The translations under genes were made by a program, and so were the position numbers. A DNA stretch of 64,000 nt, taken from contig JABVCE010000005.1 in the NCBI GenBank assembly GCA_014905635.1, positions 372,001-436,000 on the forward strand, given 5' to 3'. The DNA comes from Scenedesmus sp. PABB004. Taxonomy: Eukaryota. Under the pieces are notes generated by a model that was given only the letters and a program-made list of their open reading frames with translations, searched no databases and was not told the origin of the DNA. Shown here piece after piece: positions 57,526 to 64,000 of this stretch (position 1 is its first letter; each line of letters starts with the position of its first letter).

Positions 57526-60500
57526 TCACGCGCCCGCGACCGGCACCGGGGCCGCCGGCACCGCGGGCGCGGCGTCCGCCGCCTTCGCCGCGGCGCGCGC
57601 CTGCGCGCCGCGCACCTTGTCGGCGAGCTGCTCGCACTCGTTCTTTGCCACCAGCACCGAGATGCTCGCGCGCGTGCGCCAGATGCTGATCGCGAGCGGC
57701 GCGTTGGCGGCGAGCCCGCCGCCGCCGTCCACCGTGGTCGCGAGCCCGAGCGCCGCCGCGTCGTCGTCGTGCAGCAGCGCGACGCCGCCGCCGCTCTCCA
57801 TGCCGCCCAGCTGCGCCACCACCGCGGGCGTGGTCAGCGGGTTGGCGGGCAGCTTCGCGTCGTCGCCGCCGCCCGCGGCGCCGGGCACGAGCAGCGGCAG
57901 GTTCTTCTCCGTGAGCAGGCGCAGGAAGTCGGCCGCGCCGAGACGCAGCACCTGCTTGGTCAGGTGCGGCAGCAGGAACGGCAGCCCCTCCTGCGCCGTG
58001 CGCGGCGGCGCGGCGCGGCGGCGCGGGCGTCAGCGGGGGGCGCTGGCTAGTCGGGACACACCAGCGCCCCGCGCGCCACAGCCGCGCGACACCGCGCGCC
58101 GTGCGCCGCCGCCGCCGCCGCCGCGCCTGTGCGATGCGGTACTGGCACTTGCCGCTCTCGCGGCCGCGCAGCTCGTGGCGCTCGAAGAGCTTCAGCCCCG
58201 TGGAGGGAATCTTGAGCGCCTCGCGCTTGTCCGCGAGCAGCAGCGCGAGCAGCGCGTCCGACACCTGCGCGCGCGCCGGCGCGGACGGCAGGCGGGGTTT
58301 GGACTTGGTGCCGGCCCGCCGCGCGCACCCGCGCCGGCGGCAGCGCCCTCACGTAGTAGAGGCGCTTTGGCAGCGCCGCCTCGAGGCTGCGCGTGATGAG
58401 GTGCGTCGCGAGGGGGAAGCTCGGCTCGACGCCGTAGAAGTCCACCAGCATCTGCAGCGAGGGAGGAGCAGGGGCGCGCGGCGCCGGGCGGCGGCGGCGG
58501 CGGGGCTCGCCCACACACGCAGGCAGCCGCGCCACGCCGCGGACCGTGGCGCGCCGCGCTGGCTGCCCGCGCGCCGGCAGCCCACCTGGATGATCGCCGG
58601 GTCCTCCACGGGCAGGATGGGGTCGACGCCGCGGAACCGCCCGCCGCCGCCGGCGCGGCCGCGCCCGCCGCCGCCGCGCACCCAGCTCGGCGTCCACGCG
58701 GGCCGCTCCTCGCCGCCCGCCGCGTCGGCGCCGCCGGCCGAGCCCGGGCCGGGGCCGGCGCCGCCGCCGGCGTCGCCGTCCAGCGCCATGCCGTCGCCGT
58801 CGCCACCGTCGCCGTCGTCGCCGGCGGCCTCCACGCCGTCCATGCCCTCCGCGGCGGCCGCGGCGTTCTCGGCCTCCTGCTCCTCCTCCTCTGCCTCTGC
58901 CTCGTCCGCCGCCGCGTCGCCGCCGTCCCCGCCGCCCGCGGCCGCCCCGGCGGCCTTGGCCGCGCGCGCCGCCGCTTTGCGCGCGAGCTGCTCCGCCTTG
59001 CGCGCCTCCTGCGCGTCGAAGCGGGCCTGCAGCTTGAAGTTGTCGGTGGCGGCCTCCTGCGCCATCGACGCGCGCGAGTGCGCCGCGGCGGCCGCCGCGT
59101 GCGCCGCGGCGGCCGCCTCGGCGTCGCCTGCCTCGAGCGCCGCGACCGCGCGGTCCGCGGCCTGGCGGGCGCGCGGCGGGCGGGGCGGGGCGGGCGCGTG
59201 AGATGGCAGGCCCCCGGCGCAGCTTTCCCCGCCCCTGGCCGCCCCGAACCCCGGGCCCTCCCCAGCCCTTCAGGGGTTCGGGGTTCAGGCGCCGCCCGCA
59301 CCTCGAGCGCGTACGCCGCCGCCTCGGCGGCGCCCGCGAGCGGGTCGGCGCCGTCCACGCGGATCAGCCTGCCGTCGCGGCCGGCGGGCATGATGCGCCC
59401 AAACCTGCGGCGGCCAGGCGGCCAGGCGGCCAGGCGGCCAGGCGGCCAGGCGGCCAGGCGGGCGGGCGGGCGGGGCCTCGGCCGCGGGGCCGCGGGGGCG
59501 CAGGGCGCGCGGCGCACGTGCACGTGCGCGGGCCCCGGCGGGCGGGCCGCGGCGTGCGCGGCGCGCGCACCTGTGGCCCATGCTGGGGTCCTGCAGGTCG
59601 GGCGTGGGCGCGACCTTGCGCAGCACCGCCACAAAGAAGCCGCCCGTGTCCTGCGGCGCGGCGGCGGCGCCCGCTGAGCTGGCTGCGCGCGGCGCGGCGC
59701 ACGGCGCGGGGCGGCGCAGCGCGGCTGGCGCGCGCGCCTGGTGGTGCGGCAGGATGCGCATGCAGCGCTCCAGCGGCAGCTTCTCCTTCTCGGGCGAGCT
59801 GAACATGCTGGGGTCCAGCTTGAACCCCACCTGCGGGGGCGTGTGTGCACACACATGTGCGCACGCGTGTGAGTGCGCGCGCGCGCGAGCGTGCGTGCGA
59901 ATGCGCGTGCGCATGGGGGGCACAGGGGCCCGCCGCGCGACGCTGACGGCGGCGCCCGCCGGCCACGCCCGCGCCCGCGCGCCCGCGCCCGTGTCGCGCC
60001 GCACCTTCTCCGCCTCCTCCCACGTGGAGTACCACTGGTGCTTGTCGCGCACGAGCCAGCGCCGCATGCCGGGGCAGCGGCGCAGCTCAGGCAGCTGGTC
60101 CGACACGTCCAGCAGCTCCAGCGCGCCGCCGGCGCGCAGCAGCAGCTCCGCAACGACCGCCTCGTCCTCGATCGGGTTGAAGGTGCACGTCGAGTAGACG
60201 AGGCGGCCCCCGACCTGCGCGCGCGCGCGGCAGCGGCGGCGGCGGCGGCGGCGGCGCCGTGCGCGCGGTGTCGGCCCGCCGGCCCCGCAGCGAGCGCGCC
60301 GGGACGGGCCGCGGCGGCGGCGGCGGCGGAGGCGGCGGCGGCGCGGCTCCGCCCGCGCACGCGCACGCGCACGCGCCTTGAGCAGGCGCACGGCGTGCAG
60401 CGCGATGCGCAGCTGCAGCGTGTGCAGGCCGTTGCCGTTGTTGACCGTCCAGCGGCGCCAGATGTCGGGCGCTTTGCGCATCGTGCCGTCGCCGCTGCAG

Positions 60501-62225
60501 GGCACGTCGCACAGGATGCGGTCAAACAGCATCACGTCGCCCTCGCCCTTGGCGCCGCTCGGCGGCGCCGCGCCGAGCGCCGCGGCGGCGGCGGCCGCCG
60601 CCGCGCCGGCGCTGCCCGGCGGCGGCCGCGCCGCCGCGGCGCCGGCGAGGCGCGGGAACTCCTGGCCGTTGTGGTTGGTGACCATGAGGCAGGGGCTGCA
60701 CATGCGCTTGGTCTGGTGCGTGAGCAGGTTGCAGCGCTGCGCGTCGGCGTCGTTCGCAATGACAAACCCCGCCGGCGTCAGCCCGCCCCCGCGCCCGGCC
60801 GCGTCGTCGTGCAGCATCTCCAGCAGCTGGAAGGTCTTGGACCCCGGCGCGGCGCACATGTCGAGCACCTGCGGCGGCGGCGGCGCACGGCCGTCGGCGG
60901 CTGGCGCGGGCCGCGCCGCGCCGCGCGCCGCTCGCGGGGCGCACCCTGTGGTGCGGCTGCACGTCCATGAAGAGCGGCGGGACCATGGAGACCGCCTCCT
61001 GCCGCGTGATGCTGCCGGCGTCGTTGGCCACCTTCATCCACCTGGCGCGCGAGTGTGACGCCGCGGCGCGCGGGTCGCGCCGCGCCGCGGCAGCGCGGCA
61101 GCACGTGCGCGCTGCCGCGGCCGCAGCGCGCGCCCGCGCGGCGGCGGCGGGTGCGGGTGCGGGCGCGCACTCGTGGATGGCGGAGAGCCAGGCGAGCTTG
61201 CGCAGCTGGTTGCGCGTGAAGTTCATGTGCCAGCCCAGGTTGGCCGGGTACCAGGGCAGCGGGCGCGGCGGGTCGACGAGCTCGCCGTCCAGCTGCGGCG
61301 CAGGCGCGCGCGCGGGCCGCGGCGGGGCGGGGCGGGCGTTGCTCGCTGCTCGCGCGGCGCGGCGCGCCCGCCACCGACGCTGCGTGCCCGCCGGCGCCGC
61401 GTGCCGGGCAGCCTCTGCCCCCCCCCCCCACACACACACACCCACACACCCACACACGCACCATGACCGGCCCCTCCCTGAAGTGCGCGAAGAAGTCAGA
61501 CTCCATCTTCTCACGCAGCTCCGCCGCATACCTGGCGGGCGGGGGCGGCGCGGTCGCTCGGCGAGGCGGCGACCAGCGAGCCAGCTGCCGCGACCGCGGC
61601 GGCCGCCGCAGCGCGCGCGGGCGCCGCAGCCGCAGCGCGCGCGGGCGCCGCAGCCGCAGCGCGCGCGGGCGCCGCAGCGCCGCCGCCGCGCCTGCCGCTG
61701 CCGTTGATGCGGAAGGTGATCGGCAGCGGCTTGCGCAGCGACTCCACAAACGCCTCCCACTCGCCGTCCGGCACGATGCCCTGCTTGCGCTGCGCGCCGG
61801 CGCGGCGCGGCAGCGAGCGGCGGGCGGCGCACGGCGGCGTGGGCCGGGGTGCTCGCGCGCTGCGTGCGGCGCGGCGGCTGCCGCCCTCGTCCCCTCTGCC
61901 CCGCCGCCGGCACCGCGGCCGCCGCAGGCGCTGCGAGCGGCGCACGTAATACTCCTCGAAGGCCGCGTTGTGCAGGTCGCCGGCCTCCAGGAACTTGTCG
62001 GCGCGGTGCGTGCGCGCCTCGTCCCACTTGTCGTCCCGCTTGTTCGCGCCGCCGTAGTCGCGGCGCAGCAGCCGGCCCTTGCGCTGGGGGGTTTGGCGGA
62101 CGGGGCGCCGCGCGGGAGGGTGAGCGCGGCGCGCCGCCGGCGCGCGGCGCCGGCGCGCGGGCCGCCGCCGCTGCTGCTGCCGGCGCCGCGCCGCGCACCC
62201 CGCCGCCGCGGCCGCCGCGCCCCAT
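57526..62225 (-). CDS. NSUN2: tRNA cytosine-C5 methyltransferase NSUN2/TRM4, about 16 exons
   Basis: PLPITFRING, GSITRQEAVSMVPP, VLDMCAAPGSKT, FDRILCDVPCSGDGTMRK, LVYSTCTFNPIEDEAVV and RILPHHQDTGGFFVA. Confidence 0.96.
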
Positions 62226-62633
62226 GGCGATGGCGCGTGAGTCTCGCGACCGCCCGGAGCGCCGGTGGCGGGGTTGGCGCGGCGCGCCGCCGGGCAGGCG
62301 CGTTGGCCGCCGGCTGCCGATGCAGGTGCTGCCCGCGCTGGCCGCTGCCGCGATAGCTGCTGGCTGCGGGCGCGTCGGTGAGGTCGGGGCGTTGGCCGCG
62401 CTCGGCCGCGACCGCGGGCGCGGCGGTTGCGGCCTAACCTGGGCGGCGCTTCTGCCGCCGGCACTTTGCGCGCCGGCCTGCCGCCGCAGCGCTCCGCCGC
62501 AGCGCTCCAGACCAGCGCCTCTCAGCAGCAGGAGGTGCAGCGTTGGCGGTGGTCACCAGGCGTGCAGCGCCAGCGGCGGCGCCTACGGCCACGCCAGCGG
62601 CGGCAGCAGCAGCGCGCGGCGCGAAGGCCGGCC

Positions 62634-63885
62634 ATGCAGCTCCAGCTGCCCCTCTGCCTCTCCAGCAGCTGTAGCATCACCTGCAGGGCGCAATTGCGGC
62701 AGGCGGTGCGGCCGCGCCGCGCGACCGGGCGGCGGCGAGCCGCGGCCGCCACCGCAGCGCGCGCCGCCGAGCAGCCGCCGGCGCAGGCGCAGCAGCCGCC
62801 GGCGCAGCCGCAGCAGGCGCAGGAGCGGGTGCCTCGGCGCGCCGCGCTGCTGGCGGGCCTGCTGGCCGCCGCCGGCGCGCGGCGGGCGTGCGGCGCGCAG
62901 CCGGGCGCGGCCGCGGCCTCGCAGCTGCAGGCGCCCCCAGCTGACGCGGCGGCGGGCGGCGGGGGCGCCGCGTTTTACGCGGCCTGGCCCTACGCCGTCC
63001 CTGGTGACATCCTGCCCTTCATCACCTCCCGCGCGGCGCCGGGGGACGTGCAGGGCGTGCTGGATGCCATGGACGCGTTCTCGGCCTACTACCCGTGAGT
63101 GGGGGGCGTGGGGGGCCCCCTGAGCCAGCCCTACGGCGGCGGCGGCCGCCGCGAGCTGCAGCACGGCGGCGCGCGTGCGACGGCGGCCGCGCTGCGCCCA
63201 CGGCCGCGCTGTGCTCACGCGCGCCGCGCACGCCGCCGCCGCGGCGCGCCGCAGGCAGTTTAGGATCGGGCCCGAGAAGGGCGCGCTGCTGGAGGCGGTG
63301 CTGGCCGAGGCGTCGCCGCGGCCGCGCGCCGCGCTGGAGCTGGGGACCTTCCTCGGCTACTCGGCGATGCGCACCGCGCGCGCGCTCGGGCCGGGCGGGT
63401 GGCTGATCTGCGTCGAGGCCAACCCCGCCAACGCCGCGGTCGCGCGCGAGCTGCTGCGCTACGTCGGCCTCGGCGGCCGCGTGACCGTGGTCGACGGCCT
63501 CGCGGCGGACGCGATCCCCCGCCTGCCCGCGCTGCTCGCCGCCCAAGCTGGGCTGCAGGCGGGCGAGGTTGCGCAGCCGGGCGGCCAGCAGGCGGCGGCG
63601 GCGGCGGCGGCGCAGGGCTTTGACTTTGTGTTCCTGGACCACGCCAAGGACTGCTACCTGCCAGACCTGGTAGCGCTCGAGGCCGCGGGACTCGTGCGGC
63701 GCGGCACGACGGTCGTGGCCGACAATGTGGTGTATCCGGGCGCGCCGGGCTACCTGGAGCACCTCGAGGTGGGCGGGCGCTACGCGACGCGCCTGCTGCC
63801 GGCCGCTTATGAGTATGACCAGCCGTGGCGGGAGGACTGGGAGCCGAAGCGTGACGCGCTCAGCGTCAGCGTCGCGCTGCAGTGA
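62634..63885 (+). CDS. Catechol O-methyltransferase-like Mg2+/SAM-dependent methyltransferase with bipartite-looking targeting peptide, 2 exons
   Basis: Intron 63095-63254. Motifs VLDAMDAF, IGPEKG, LELGTFLGYSA, FVFLDHAKDCYLPDL and VVADNVVYPGAP. Confidence 0.88.
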
Positions 63886-64000
63886 TGCGGCCGGACTGGG
63901 AGCCGCCGCGCTGACGCGCTGAGCGTCAGCGTCGCGCTGCGGTGAGCCGCCGCGTAACGCACCGAAAGCAGTGGCGCAGACCCCCAGCACGACGCCCGGT

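Noticed and set aside
241..63254. Introner-type mobile introns
   Set aside because: Introns share only low-complexity GC composition. I saw no shared family sequence, terminal inverted repeats or target-site duplications by eye.
63883..63885. Selenocysteine codon in the COMT-like gene
   Set aside because: The domain is complete before the TGA, the extension is explained by a local duplication, and no SECIS is visible in the remaining 115 nt.

Overview
Gene-dense, intron-rich, extremely GC-rich (roughly 75-80% by eye) eukaryotic nuclear DNA. Spliceosomal introns, TGTAA poly(A) signals and plastid-targeted proteins (PSA3, OPR-RAP, RpiA, MsrB) indicate a chlorophyte green alga; Sphaeropleales is my inference. 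I reconstructed 22 protein-coding genes by hand: CDS1, CPC1/SPEF2, ISN1, HP30/Tric, PSA3, a basic orphan, MsrB, OPR-RAP, PBC, an expansin-like protein, a UapA-like permease, THOC7, TCAIM-like, DoxX/SURF4-like, RpiA, an HA-repeat protein, DUSP11-like, a Pro/Ala-rich thylakoid protein, an LPMO, MCM4, NSUN2 and a COMT-like methyltransferase. Most long ORFs in the supplied track are GC artefacts or read through introns. No RNA gene, CRISPR array or transposon was recognised. Main observations: (1) at least 21 of about 135 introns use GC donors; (2) the thylakoid gene has an intronic stop and poly(A) signal that would toggle a ~145-aa C-terminal domain; (3) the flagellar gene CPC1/SPEF2 needs three single-base frame corrections; (4) a secreted LPMO is fused to a Trp-studded extensin-like repeat; (5) the expansin-like DPBB domain is fused to a non-canonical CBM-like domain. 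All family calls rest on recalled motifs, not database searches.
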